Shown one piece after another: positions 1 to 13,830 of a stretch of 64,000 nucleotides of DNA (positions within the stretch are counted from its first letter, which is position 1; each line of letters starts with the position of its first letter). Source of the stretch: Macrostomum lignano (lineage: Eukaryota). Below the pieces are notes generated by a model, which saw nothing but the letters and a program-made list of their open reading frames with translations, was not told the DNA's origin and did not search any database. The position numbers were made by a program, and so were the translations under genes. The DNA lies in assembly GCA_002269645.1 (NCBI GenBank), contig NIVC01000152.1:868001-932000 (forward strand), given 5' to 3'.

Positions 1-429
1 TTAATATTTGCTTGCTCGATCGTCTCCTCTATATTCTTGGCCATGTGGGGACTTGCAATGTCATGGTGCAGAAGGTGCGGAGCCACAGTACCTAGTGGGC
101 GGATATCTTTGACAGTTCCAACTCCGCAGTCATCGTGCGGTGTGAAACAGTGAACTTTGGACTGCAGATTTCATGCTGCAGATGTTTTGTTGATTCTTTG
201 AATGTTTCGTTGTTTTGTGCATCAGGTACAAAGCTTTGGTGTATGGCAATTTGTAGAAGTAGCACAGGGGGGTGGGGCATAAAATTGCTCATATCTATAG
301 AATGCCAGCAGATAAAAAAATAAATAGAAAGTCATTTTAATGGGCAGATAATTCTCTTGTTAACTGCTACAAAATTTAGAGCAGAAAAGATCTATAAAAT
401 AAAATACTATTGAGTTTCATAGTAATAGG

Positions 430-730
430 CATACATGCGCAACCTCCAAAATTCGGTCAGCCATGTGACTTAGTTTTAACAAAAATGCGACATAGTTCTT
501 GGCCAAAAATGCGACTTACATGTAAAAAACCTAAAGCAAAATTAACGAAACTTTGGGTAAACGGTAGAAGTACTCGTAACTATGACTGTCTTACTAAGCC
601 AAAATGCCTCGTCAGCTACTTAGTACTACTACTTGGGTGTTTTTTGGGTGGGCATTTTTGCAACTTCCTTGGTTGGCCGCCAAATCGGTTGGCTAGATCG
701 GCCAACTCGGCCGACTGTTGCGCATGTATG
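430..730. mobile_element. MITE, 301 bp, 14-bp TIR CATACATGCGCAAC, 8-bp TSD (P/hAT-like)
   Basis: TIRs at 430-443 and 717-730. Flanks gtaatagg (422-429) and gtgatagg (731-738), one mismatch. A second copy lies at 48095-48377. Confidence 0.8.
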
Positions 731-1599
731 GTGATAGGTCATGGCAAATTTTTGCTATATATAAGAAAGCTAAATAGAAAAATAGAAAAAAGCAACTAAG
801 AGCTTTTGTCATTTTGGTATGAAGACCTACCTATAGAAGGATGCAAGGCCTTTCCTGGGAAATACTTAGATTAAAAAAGAAATGACAAGAGTCTACAAAA
901 AGGAAATGAAATACTTTACAGATATAATATAAAAAATAATTTCTATTTCTTTAGGCATATTGCAAGAAGTGATAGAATATTAAAGGCAATAGTTGAATAT
1001 TATTTTAAAGGTTGAGAAATAAGGAAATAAAGGCAAGCCACAATTGACTAGATAGGCAATTGAAAGAATGAAATAGAAAAAAGGTAAAGGCCAAGTATAG
1101 CTAAGAAAAATTTCTTTAGACTAAAGGTCAAGAAAAGTCATTATTTAAAAATGTGTATCAATGGACATAATGGCTAGGGACTTATGATGATAATAATAGT
1201 GTTCCAAAAGTATTTAGCCCCTATAGTAACTTCTAAACTGCAGTACAAGTATACAAATGAATGAAAAATTATACACAAGCACATGTATATAGGCCAAGCA
1301 GCTATGTAGAGTTTGGGCTCTCAGTTGAATATTTAAAATCTATCAGGAAGAATGTGAAGCCTAGCTTCTATAGTGCAATGTGTACTCAACCTAAATTTCT
1401 ATGGTCACAAACTCTAACCAGAGCTGTGGTTTCAAAGCATTTTTACTGGTGCCTAAAGTTAGTAGTTGTCTATCTGTTTCTAAGTTGCCTATCATACTTT
1501 TCTATAGATGAAATGAGTGAAATAATGAAATGAGTTACAATAAGGAAAAGGCCCAGTTTTTTGCTTATATAGAAAAGCAACTTGGCAAGAATGCTGCAA

Positions 1600-2560
1600 A
1601 AATTAACTGTATACTAAGTCAGAGTTGGAATGACTAAGCACCATGCTATGCCACCATAAAAAACTGGCTGGCTAACTTATAAATCTAGAAGATAGACATC
1701 ATTTGAAGACCTGCCCCAATGTGGCTAGCCTGTTTCTGCAAGTTGGGATGACAGGTTGCAAGAAATTTTGATGCTTGTCAGTGATGATCCACATATCACT
1801 GTGTGAGAGATTTTTGAAGACTGAGATACCTACTATAAGTATCTACAGAATCCTAATAGATATCCTGAAATTTCACAATGTTGCTTCTTTCTGGGTACCA
1901 AAGATTCTGATAGCACAGCAGATGGAGCAGAGGAGACTGCATGCAGCCATTATCAAGGACTGTTTTGTGAGATTAGGTGAGCAGAAAAACAACATCTACA
2001 CTGTTGAGGATAAGATATGGGTTTGATATGATATAGAGTTCATACAGAAGGATGCTTAGGCTTAGATATTGGTTGATACAGCCTAACCACAGGTTCCTTC
2101 CGGCAAACTAACACCTTTGAAATGCATGTTGGGCATTTTTTTCACTGGCAATAAAGATTTTTGTGTTCAAGCACTGCCATACAGAAAGAGCCTTGATGGT
2201 GACCTGTATACCCAGTTTGTTCAAAGTATGGGCAACAAATGGCATTCTCTGAGAAGTTGTTCTACATATCTTAATGAATTGGTATGGCAGCATGACAATG
2301 CTCAACCATATGTTAAATAGTCTGTACAAGACTTCTTTACAAAGCAACAAGTGGAGATCCTTAATCAGCCCCCTTACTCCCCTGATTTGAATTTGTGGAC
2401 TGCTAGCTAGACAACCAAATCAAGAACAGCCTACGCCAGGTGCATTTTTAAGACCCAGCAATGGTTAAAGAAGCAGCTTTATAATGTTTGAGATGGACAG
2501 AAAAATCTATTTTTTGAAAGGAACTGGACAAGCTGATCACCCACCTTGTCCAAGTTTTTG
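1600..2560 (+). pseudogene. Degraded mariner (DD34D) transposase
   Basis: Broken frames carry mariner motifs: WVPKIL (ORF 1775-2026), TVEDKIWV (TGDETW-like), QHDNAQPY (HDNARPH-like) and QPPYSPDL (2351-2390). Many stops and frameshifts. Ends are approximate. Confidence 0.8.
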
Positions 2561-3156
2561 CATGTGGCAGAGACTACATTTCTCCTGCTTAAGTTTTGCA
2601 TTACATATGTAGGACACAGTTTCTCATGTTTTTGTATCCAAATACCCATTGGTAAAAGATTTATTGCTGAAAATTAGACTGTGTCTAGTTGTTGTCTAGG
2701 TTTTTTAAGGTTGGAAATTCAGTTTCCAGCTGGCCCTTGGGGCTCAAAATCCAGTTACCAATGGTTATTTTGGTTGCATATTAGCAACTAGCCAAATTCT
2801 CAAAGATATATTTTCAAGGCTCATTAAACGTGTATGCACTATATGACTATGGGAATGAGATTGTCTGGGACTTGTTACTGACATTGTCAATTTTAGCAAC
2901 TTACTAGCCATTTAGCCCCCCGCTGGGGGTGGGAGGGAGGCAGGGCCTTAAAAATGACACCAAATTGCCATGAATCAAAACTTTCATCAGCCAAAAAAGT
3001 TTCCTTCATCAACCCAAAACAAATTCTCAATCAGCAAATAGTGCTTATCCTTTCAAGCACAAACTCTTAGTGCATATTGTCACTGACTGGGGCATATTCT
3101 GGTCTACAGCAGGAGCTCAGGGCCTTAGACCCTTCTTTATTAGCCTAACTCAAAGA

Positions 3157-3510
3157 ATCTCCCAGAAAGCAAGCATCCCCCAGACAGCAAGCATTAGCAA
3201 GCATCCTCTAGACAACAAGCATTAGCAAGCATCCCCCAGACAGCAAGCATTAGCAAGAATCCCCCAGACAGCAAGCATCCCCCAGACAGCAAGCATTCCT
3301 TAGACAGCAAGCATCTCCCAGATAGCAAGCAACTCCCAGATAGCAAGCATCTCCCAGATAGCAAGCAATCCCTTAAGCAGCAAGCATCAACAAACATCCC
3401 CCAGACAGCAAGCATCCCCCAGACAGCAAGCATCTCCTAGATAGCAGCATTTCCCAGACTGCAAGCATCTCCCAGACAGCAAGCATTCCTCAGACAGCAA
3501 GCAATCCAGA
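3157..3510. repeat. Minisatellite, ~20-21 bp unit (cccagacagcaagcatc..)
   Basis: Tandem copies read directly. Confidence 0.9.
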
Positions 3511-5968
3511 TAATTTTTAGCATCAGCCATATATATCAGCCATATATGTGACCATATATGGTTTGGCACTGCAGTCAAATATATAGCAGTGATATACACA
3601 TTGAGTAATATATAGCAGTAAGGCCTATACACAGTTGCACAATACTTCAATACTTTTAAAGTGCACTGGCTGATATCTCTCCTTTATGCAGAAAAGCATG
3701 TTTTCAAATACTCATATGTAATTATTTATAGTGTAGCATCAGCTCAAGAAGTTGAAGTTTAGTCTATAGCCATAGACATATTGAGCCCTCACTGCAAGAA
3801 AATATTGCAAGAAAACTGCAAGAAGTTTTTCAAATACTTAACCATCTTCCCATTCAATTTTTTTTATGCAATTACACCCACATAATCTCACAAGAATTTC
3901 CAATTAAATGAAGCAAGTTTGAAAAAATCGGTTCAGGCATTCAGGCTTTAGACTGAAATACCAGTTGGATCTAAGAGATTTAGTATATTGTGACTATTTG
4001 CCACAACTTAGATTTATATGGCACATTTATTACACTTTCAAAATCATTTTTTGAAATTGGCAACTGGCATGGGGAAAATAAAGTTGCTAGATTGGCCTCT
4101 GATACCAAAAATTAAATTGCTAATAAGATTTTCAAGGGGCCAAAAAACCCCATATGGCCCAAAAAATAAACCCATTGTTTTTTGTTACTATGTGGCATAC
4201 ATGCGCAACTGCTGGCTGATCTGGCTTGATCTGGCCACCGTAAATTGTGGTGGACCAGGGGTAAGTTGTAAAAATGCCTAATTAATGCCTATAGGTTAGA
4301 CCTAATTAAATAATTATTAGGCTTAGGGATAATGATAAGTTCTATAATGGCCCATTCCATATAAGATGGACATATTTGGAAAAAGGAAAAAAGTCAATAT
4401 TTTTGCTTGTCATTGCCTTATCAGCCATTTTTTACCAAATCTTTTTTGTATGTAATGTATACAATCTAAGAATAAATAAATGATAAAATGTTGGATTAGT
4501 ATGTTATCAATTGGCAAAAAGTTATTTTTGTAAAAAATTGGACATTTTCTAAGCAAAAGACATCATTAAGTTTATGTACCTTTTAAAAACAAATAGAAAG
4601 CTTTAGAAGGTTAAAACAAACTATATATAAAATTATAGTACTTGCATCATCAGATAAAAACATTAGCAACCATATAATCTATTATATTTTTAATATATTA
4701 GTACTTCAAAGTTACTGAATTGACAGAAAAAAATATGTTACGACCATAATGTTATAACCATAAGGCTGCCTTTTCTTTTGTATCTTTGTTGCCTTTTTGG
4801 GTTTATATATTCTAATAAAAGAGTATGGATTCTAAAAATGTTCTTAGTCAAATTAAAAAAAATATTGCAAAATACCGGTATCAAAAATGAAAAATGTTAT
4901 AAGACTTTTACCTTTTAGTTTTTTATATGTCAAAAATCCTGTTGTTACGACCATAAGTGCCATTCAAGGTTTAATAGCATCTATACTAATGATGATATCT
5001 ATATGAAACTTTATAAACATATTGTTGACAAAATAATCTTTCATTCAAAATATTGGTTTAGTATATTCTATTATTAGATTTCATTTTATAAGTAAAAATA
5101 GTCTGTCATGTTATGACCATAATTATATGGAATGGCCCTAATAAACAAAAAACATTTCTCATGAATTTTGCAAACAAGAGTCAAAAGTTCTTGCCTAATA
5201 CTTGATATTTAAAAATTTGTTAAAACTGCTTTTCATGCCAATTATACAAATTCTATCTAAATATCTTTAGGGTTTATTTATAAATAGGGACTCCAATAAG
5301 GTTTTAAAAGTTTTTAACAATTATTTTTATCCCATTTGATAAATCTTATTTGTCTAAACAAAATGACACTTTTTGTCATTGTAAATCATTTTAAACTTTT
5401 ATAATGTATGTTACCTAGGCTAGGGCTATATAAGGCTATATTTATATATTAAGACATTGTACTATGATAATTTTTGTCCAAAAAATATTTTTACTATAAA
5501 TAATTTCTAGGCCTCATATAAATTTTCTACATAGCCAATTGCCTAATTTCATTTTTAGTCCTTTTCCTTATCTTTTGATAAGAAATAAATATAATACAAC
5601 CAAAATATTAAATGCCACACTTGGAGACACAATGGCATGTCTATAATGCAGAAACTTATAGACATGGCGGCTGTGTCTCTAATAGTGACTAGGTCTATAT
5701 TTATAGACACAACTGCCATGTGTACAAGTTTCTACATTTAGCCAGCTACCGTGTCTATATATAAGTATAGAACTAGTCACTATTAGAGACATGGCCGCCA
5801 TGTTGATGAAACTTGCATGGCGGCTATGTCGTTAATATTGAATGGGTTCACACTTACAGACATGGTAGGTGGCTGTGTCATTAATATTGAATGGGTTCAC
5901 ACTTAGAGATAAAATGGGTGGCTGTGTTGTTATTATTGAATGGGTTCATACTTAGAGACACGGTAGAT

Positions 5969-6838
5969 GGCTGTGTCTATAATATTGGAGCTTATAGGCA
6001 TGGCTGCCATGTATATAATCATTGATATAGAATGTGTGTTCTGTGGGGCTTTCTTATAAGCAAATAGTTGCTTAGTGGATAAGTTAATTGCCTTATGATT
6101 GTATGAAAAGGTTTGAATCCCAAGTGGTCAAAGTTTTTTTTTTTAATTTGAAACTTCTAGAAACTAAATTAAATTAAAATTTTAAGAGTAACACTAGTGA
6201 CTAAATCTTAAAGTGTGGCCAGAATTATATATGTAGCTACTGAAAAAGAAATAATTTTTTTGATACATATTGGCTGCACTTTGTCATGAGTTAAACATTA
6301 TATAGCCTTACTAAATGCGTAATTAAGCAACTTGAGAATAAATAAAAATCCAGCAATAACTGAAGAGCATGAACAAAAATGTGGCAAACTTCTTATAATA
6401 TAAAATTTGTAATAATCTATAAGTTCAAATACTTACTGGCCCTGTCTAGGCTAGCAGTACTTATAGTCACAGATATACTTACAGATATAGCTACATTTAT
6501 ACTTGCGGCTACACGTTAAGATTTAGTGAATTGCTTTTATTAAAAAATTAATTTAAGTTATTGTTTTATTTTAATTAAAAACTTAAAAAGTTCAAGATGG
6601 AAAAAATTATGTTTGTTAAAATAATTTAAATTAAAAAAATGCTAACCTCTTGGGATTTGAACCTTCTTAGGCTATACACAATCACAAGGCAATTGACATA
6701 TCCACTAAGCCATCATTTGCTTATAAGAGAGCCCTACAAAATGTGCATTTTATATCAATGATAATAGCTGTGCCTATAAGCTCAAATATTATAGACATAG
6801 CTACCATGCCTATAAGCTCCAATATTATAGACACAGCC
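5969..6838. mobile_element. Degenerate long inverted repeat (foldback-like) with tRNA-like A/B boxes in its arms
   Basis: Arm ~5969-6125 is an imperfect reverse complement of ~6645-6838. The left arm has gcttagtgg...ggtttgaatccc and the right arm has gggatttgaacc...ccactaagc. Confidence 0.45.
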
Positions 6839-6892
6839 GCAATGCCTGCCTATAAGCTCCATACTTATAGACATGGCCACCATGCCTAAAAG

Positions 6893-7941
6893 GGCGGATG
6901 ACCAAGATGGCCACACACTAAGATGGCCATAGCTCTGAATGGCTGCTTGGATAGGAATGGGCCTATATATTTCCTCATTTCCTATTGGCTATGATTGGGA
7001 TGGGGTATGACCTAGCTTCAAGTCTCGGAGAAGACAGATTTTGTTAGTGAAATTAGATTAGTAAAACAAAAAACACTTCCCTTTACAGCAGGTATTACTA
7101 CCTACTAAAGCTAGTAGCACTACTAGCACAAGACATTTGATTTTTTTATTATGGATAATAGTTTCAAACCTATCTTCAATATACTAAAACTGACATGTTG
7201 TTTGTATATGTTAAAAGTTAAAGGTAGAGGGTAAAGGTATTAGTTATGATAGAAGTAAGCAAAAATTGGAGTGCCCTCTTATCTCTGATCTTTTCTCTCA
7301 TCTCTGCACTCTTGTCTCTTATCTTTTCTCTGTCATCTCTGCCCTCTTGTCTCTAATCTCGTCTTATGTCTGCCCTCTTCTCTCATCTTTTCTCTCTTTC
7401 ATGTCTGCCCTCTTCTCTCATCTTTTCTCTCATGTCTGCCCTCTTCTTCCATCTTTTCTCTCTCATGTCTGCCCTTTTCTCTCATCTTTTCTCTCTCATG
7501 TCTGCCCTCTCTTCTCTCCTCTCCTCACCTCTCTCCTCTCCTTACCTCTCTCCTCTTCTCTCTCCTCATCTCTATCTTCTCCTCTCTCCTCACCTCTTTT
7601 CTCTCATCTCCTTTTTCCTCTTCATTCTCTTCTCCCTTCCCTCCTCTCTCCTCTCCATTAATCTCCCTTCTCCTCTCTCTCCGCTTGTATTTAATCTCTC
7701 CTCTCATCAATTCCCCTCTTTTATTCCTTCGCCTCTCCTTTAGCCTATGCTCATATTTCTCTTCTCTATTCCTTACCCTCTCTCCTCACCTCTTTCCTCT
7801 TCTCTCTCCTCACCTTTTTCCTCTCTCTTCTCCTCTTTAAACCTATCTTCAATATACTAAAACTGACGTGTTGTTTGTATATGTTAAAAGTTAAAGGCAG
7901 AGGGTGGCCATCTTGGTGTGTAGCCATCTTGGTCTTACACC
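6893..7941. mobile_element. Non-autonomous TIR element with 8-bp direct flank cctaaaag, carrying a CT-rich tract
   Basis: Imperfect TIRs ggcggatgaccaagatggcca / tggccatcttgg..ggtcttacacc. cctaaaag at 6885-6892 and 7942-7949. An internal ~66-bp direct repeat (~7166-7232 and ~7838-7904) brackets the CT-rich run 7270-7835. Confidence 0.55.
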
Positions 7942-8891
7942 CCTAAAAGTAGTCCAAATACTAAAATAGGCCTAGCCAGATCCTTTGCAACAGTAGGCTA
8001 CCTCACCTACCTGCAGAAATCAGTTTTAGGCCTATAATAGACAAAAGTATTAAAGAAGAATAAGCCTATTTTTGCCAGTTTTTGCCAATACCAGATAGAT
8101 AGGGCCTAAGATTAGAAATTAGATAGTATAAGCCTAAAAGGGTTCCTGGACACTTCGTCATCTTACCACTTCGTCATCGAGATGACGAAGTGACCGAGAT
8201 GACGAAGTGACCATGGTTTTTGGATGCTTCGTCATATCAAAAAAATGTTAGTAAATCTAGATGACAAAGTGACCAAATTTTGAGGACACTTCGTCATCCC
8301 AAGATTTAGCAACGCTGTAAATTGTTATTCGATTGTTATTGCTATAAATTGTTACTCAATTATATTAGTCAATTTTGTCTGTTGTCGCTATAATTGGCAT
8401 CCAATGTACACAATGTATACGCAGTTTGCATATGCACGCTTTAATGTACGAGTACATACGTAGATACTAGTGCTCATTGTAATTTTGTTCTAATGTTCAA
8501 ACTTGCCAAGCTCTAATAATTATTTTTGCTTCCTTGCTAAAGCCTAAAATTGGCATTATCACTTCTACAACCCAGGGGAGGCAACAAAGTATGTGGCCAT
8601 GGATTTGGTACCCGGTAAAATGCGGAATCCGCAACGGAATCGGAATGGAATAGTACGGTAAAACGCGGAATCCGCAGCGGAATGGTAAACTGCGGAACGA
8701 AGTGCGGATTCCGCATATTAAAGTAAAACGCGGAATGCGAAAATAAAAAAAAGAAAAATGCGGAATGAAAACTAACTGAATTATACTTTTATTCATCAAC
8801 ATCAACATGTACTAAAGACTACAAATAGCTTTCTAGCTACATGTATATATAGCTTAATTTATTTAGAAGCTGATTTTTTGTAGTGTCAAAT

Positions 8892-11178
8892 GGGTGTGTA
8901 TAAAAGCTGGCACTGGCACATTGGACACATTGGACACCCCTTTTTATAACAAAATTAGATATGAAAATGCAGAATAAACCTGCGAAGTTACTTTTAAATA
9001 ATTAAAAAAAATTATAATAATAGAAATGACATTCTCGCTTTCGTGATAGATGATTTGTTAAATATTCTTTGTATTATCGTTTTTTGTACATGTTGAATTT
9101 GGCATTCGATTTTTTAAAAATAATCGCACATGCAAAAACTGCAGCTTGCAATGCTATTACACTGTGATTTTACTACCCCGAAGGTTCTGTACTACAGGCG
9201 TACCGATTTAATGCTAAATATGCCTGATATATGAAATGATCAAACTAATAGTCAGAACTCAATTTTCCATAAAATGATGAAGCATTCTGCTCTTATCAAA
9301 AAAACCACAACTTATTTTGTTAGGATTACTTCATGAAGAACGAACTTTGGATATTCCAAATTGCAAGCAAGTATTTCTATATTTAAAAAGTTAATACATT
9401 GGCAGATTATTTGATGAAAAAATTGCACCCAAAAAGTTTTTTTTTACTTTGTAAGATGATGATTAAATTAATAATTTCCAAGCTTCTTCTTTTATTAGTT
9501 TAATTACTTTTTGTATGATTTCAACCAACAAAAAAGGAATAGCTACTCAGTGAAAGTTCAAATTACAGTCTCTTCTTTATATACAATCCTTTTAAGAAAA
9601 CCTTTATTATTATGAATAATTTGCCAAGTCATGATATTTAAGAAATTGTGCTAATCATTTAAATTATGAGTTAAAAAATGCAAGCATATAAGTAAAAAAT
9701 CTACCTTACAGACCAAGAAGTCTTTTTACTGAAAAGTTATATGTGATGCTTTGAATAAACAACATATAAACCATCTTCACATAACATTTATTGTCATTTA
9801 TTTCAGACCTAAATCCTTTAGCACATAAATATTCTGCACATATGTTGCAGGGTATACTTCTAAAATCCTACAAATGCCACAAAGTTTTAATAGGCAAATT
9901 TATTAGTATTGTTTATAGTAATATTTCTATACTTATGAGAAGTTTTCCAATAAGAACAAGTTTCCAATCAGTAAAACACTATTTTTTAATTCTAATGTCC
10001 AGAATTATGGCGTTCTAAGGGACCAAGTGATAGGTTTTAAGCTACTATTAGCACCTGCATGATTTATTTATTTAATACCTACACATTCCTTAATGTCTAT
10101 AGTTTGCCTAATTGCCTAATTGCTAACCCTAATTCTAGCCTTCTTGGCTTACAAGTTTGAGTCTTCACAGCATATTATTCAATTCAAGCCCTACTAATTT
10201 TATTAGCCTCTCTTAATTTTATAAAATAATAATTTTCTTTAGTGTAACTGCTCCAAAAATTTAAATTTAAATTTAAGTGGTGTGCCAAAACACCACTTGC
10301 ACCATTACAGCCCTGTCTATAATTTTTTTGTGCTAATTGGTTGACCACTTTCAATAATTTTCTTGGGTCAAGAGTGTGATATATGCATATTGCAGCATGA
10401 ATTTTTTAAAGAATCCCTAATTTTATACAAGGAATCATATATATTTATAGAAAGTTAGCTCTTAGAGTAGAGATAAAGTACATAAGACTATTAATAGCAA
10501 CTTTTCATACAATTGCTTATGGTATTGATTTCTATTGTTATAAAGTTACAAATAAATAAAAAGTTACATTGCATTTAAACTGTACTTTATGAGTTGTAAG
10601 CCTTTCAACTCAGAGTGCACTTCAATTGCTTTAATATACATTGCTAGATGTTATTTAGCATTTCTTTGTTATTTATCATTTAACTCATTGCATTGTTTAA
10701 TTGCTAATTTCAATTTGCTCAACTGCAATATTTATTACTTTTTTATAAATGCCAAAGTTTGTTATACTTTTTCTCCCCATTTTTAGTGTTTGTGGTATTC
10801 TTTTGTCAAATTTTAATTTTTCAGCTGTATCTATCTTTACAAAAAAATGGACCTGTAGGTTTTTTGCTTACAATGGTACTGTACTAAATTATATTTATTT
10901 CCTTGTTAGATTCTCTAAATTGAAAAAGTAATGCACTGCTTTATTATCATGCATATTGAATATTAAGGATAGTTAGTATTCCTTCCTTGAAAAAGATTCT
11001 AGAGTTGGATTCTATTTGATAAGAGAATAAATAATTTATTGAGTTTAAATGTTTTTAAAACATTAATTAATTGCATTTTGATGGAAATCATAACTTAAAA
11101 AATTATTCGTTTTTTTATTTAAGACACGGGGGATTTTAAAAGTCCATATTAACAACAAATCAAACATTAACATTATGG

Positions 11179-11247
<69 letters not shown>

Positions 11248-11702
11248 ATTATATTCACTTTCACCATTGCTGTTGATTTATGGAAAGGCAGTAAACAAGC
11301 CAGAGCAGCTGCAAATTGTCAAATATGCCATGTCCGGCTATAAAATTCTGCAACTAGTCTGCTGCTCACTTTTTCCAACGTTTATTGAGGACAAGAAACG
11401 GCATTTAATGTTTCTATGTTTTCTGTAAGTGCACCAACTAGGTAAATGAAAATGACGTACCGAAAGTAGTTCGACAATAAAGCAAGATAAGAAATGAATT
11501 TAAATGTAGAATAAAACTTGTTGATACTACCAATCTCATGGTTGTTAGAAGTATATGAAAAAGTTCAATTATAAATAAATATTTACATTTTCATTCGAAA
11601 GCCAAAGTATATTTATTCAAGCAAAACAACGATCAAAACTCGATTTTTGTTAACATAAGGGGTGTCCAATGTGCCAATGGTGCCCTGCTTTTATACAGAC
11701 CC
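8892..11702. mobile_element. Mutator-like element (level 3), 9-bp TSD gtgtcaaat
   Basis: Imperfect ~60-bp TIRs gggtgtgtataaaagc..ttggacacccc / ggggtgtccaa..gcttttatacagaccc. Exact TSD at 8883-8891 and 11703-11711. Confidence 0.85.
11185..11244. repeat. (GA)30 microsatellite
   Basis: Perfect dinucleotide run. Confidence 0.97.
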
Positions 11703-13679
11703 GTGTCAAATAAAGTTTCTATCATCGGAATGTATATTAACAACATATTGTGCAGTTTTCGGAAATAAGTATACGCTAAAAATACAGAAATAAATTTCTT
11801 TGCAAGAAATGTTTAAATATTCCATTTGCCTTTCTTGCAAATGCATTCGGAAGTGTTACCATGATGCTCACTTGCGCTAGGGCTTCCGCGCCAGTTTATC
11901 ACAATATATCATGATATTAAAAAGTGCTTATGCATGGACCTGGCCTGATTTCCAAGTGCCAAAATGTGCTACAAGGGAACCTAACGTACAAGCAAAACCC
12001 TTTCCTGGACATCCTTTTTGATCCGACCAACTATTAACAGCTAATTTTCTAAATGTACTGTTTGATTGAATCTATGCATTAACTTTTCTGTGGACAAAGC
12101 CCACGAGATTAAGTTCCGAAGAGGGTTTACAGACGACAACAACCCGCTCTACGGGTGTGCGGGTAGAGCCTCTATGTGACTATGACCCGAAACAACAGCC
12201 CAGCAGTTGAACAACAGCCGTGTAGGCTTTAATCAGTCACAAGCATAATCAGCTTGGCTTCAATTTCAGTTCCCTCACCCAACTCTAAAAGACTGCAGTC
12301 TGTAATTACTAGTTAAACGTCGACAAAAAACTAAATATTAACTAATAAAAAAGCGCATTGCAAATTTGATTGGTGCACGAGTTAGGAGGCTGCTGACAAG
12401 GGTCCAACTAAAAGAAACTAGAAAGCAACCAACCCACGTTTATAGACTAGATCCTTTTTGACAATTTAAATGGAATGGACAGTAAATTTAGCACACGAAC
12501 ATGATTTAACATAATTTTAGTAGTCATTTAGTAGTCGTTCCAAAAAGGAATTGGTTACTATTTCGAAAGATTATTCTAATTGTCTTTTTTCAGTTAGCTT
12601 AGGTCACTTTGTTTCCTTAGTAGTTTGACATACTAACAAAAACTTATTTGTCCCGTCGCTGGCGAAAAGTCGCTGGCGAAACTTCGCTAATGTTCCGCTG
12701 ACGATTCGCCAATGCGACCGAGGTGGAAAAACTATGTTTTATGCTGCAGGAAGAAAAGTTCCAGACAAACACAGCTTTTTGAAACGTTCTATATGGGAAA
12801 TGAAGAAAAAAAATGTCGCCACTACTTCGCTGTCTCGCTGACAATTCGCTTGCGATTCGCCGGCGATTTTCCCAGAGGGTACTGACCTTCCATACTGATC
12901 TGACTGATCTGACTTTCCATGCTTCCTTGTACTATTTATTGCCTTTCTTGACACTAAAAACGTAAAAGCGTCTTGCAAATTGTCTCTTTGCGTCTCTTTA
13001 GGAAACTATATCTTGTCCTAAAGTTTCGGATATAATTTTTTTTTTAGAAATGCACATTTAATGCTACGATTTTTTTTGACAGCAATAGGATGTAGGATGA
13101 CTTCTCGCCACATGTCAGCGGGCACTTTTGAAATACATTAAATATAAAAATTGTACGTAGTATGCACTTTCGCTTCCAGAGTATGAATTTACCTTAAATG
13201 AGTTGCCAAAGCTCTATCTTCATTCCGAAAATTACTGTATCTTAACCATTCTGCTGAGGATTTTGCTAAGGGAAGATCAACAGATTTGATTTGAGTGTCA
13301 TAGTGACAATGAAAAACAATTTGTTCAGCAAAAATGTACATAAATCTCAGATGTTTTTTGAATAAAAGTATAATTCAGTTAGTTTTCATTCCGCATTTTA
13401 CTTTTTTCATTTTCGCATTCCGCGTTCTACTTTAATATGCGGAATCCGCATGCACTTTCGTTCCGCAGTTTACCATTCCGCTGCGGATTCCGCGTTTTAC
13501 CGTACTATTCCATTCCGATTCCGTTGCGGATTCCGCATTAATTTTACCGGGTACCCATGGATTTCTCCTTGCTCCACCTTGCTCTCCTTGCTGTCAGGGA
13601 AGTCTGTGCATGATTACAATTCTATCTTTAATTTACAATTAAGAATGTAATTGGAGGCCAGGCAGGTCCTGAGTCATGC

Positions 13680-13830
13680 GTGCTTGATTTTGAATCTGCT
13701 GTCTGGAAGTCACTGCGCTCCGTTTTTCCTCGTGCTAAATTGCAGGGCTGCCTATTCCACTACTCCCAAGCAATTTTTCGCCGTGTACAACACATGGGCC
13801 TGCAGTCTGCAGTCTGCAGGAGTCTGCAGA
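13680..13830 (+). pseudogene. MULE transposase fragment
   Basis: LDFESAVWKSLRSVFPRAKLQGCLFHYSQAIFRRVQHMGLQ matches the MULE D-F-E...CxFH catalytic segment. It lies inside the 9-bp-TSD element 8141-14129. Confidence 0.78.

Larger units (their letters stand above)
8607..13555. mobile_element. Mutator-like element (level 2), ~190-bp TIRs, 9-bp TSD catggattt
   Basis: ggtacccggtaaaa..gcggaat-rich TIR at 8607-~8795, inverted at ~13360-13555. Exact TSD at 8598-8606 and 13556-13564. Confidence 0.9.

Noticed and set aside
6070-6125. tRNA gene
   Set aside because: Only degenerate A/B boxes. I could not fold a cloverleaf, and the sequence is part of an inverted repeat.
7266-7743. Ser/Leu-rich ORFs
   Set aside because: CT low-complexity tract inside a transposon.
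8497-8808. ORF with RING-like HGHILCCLPW
   Set aside because: Chimeric across the TIR of MULE level 2 and lacks the other metal ligands, so it cannot be supported as a gene.
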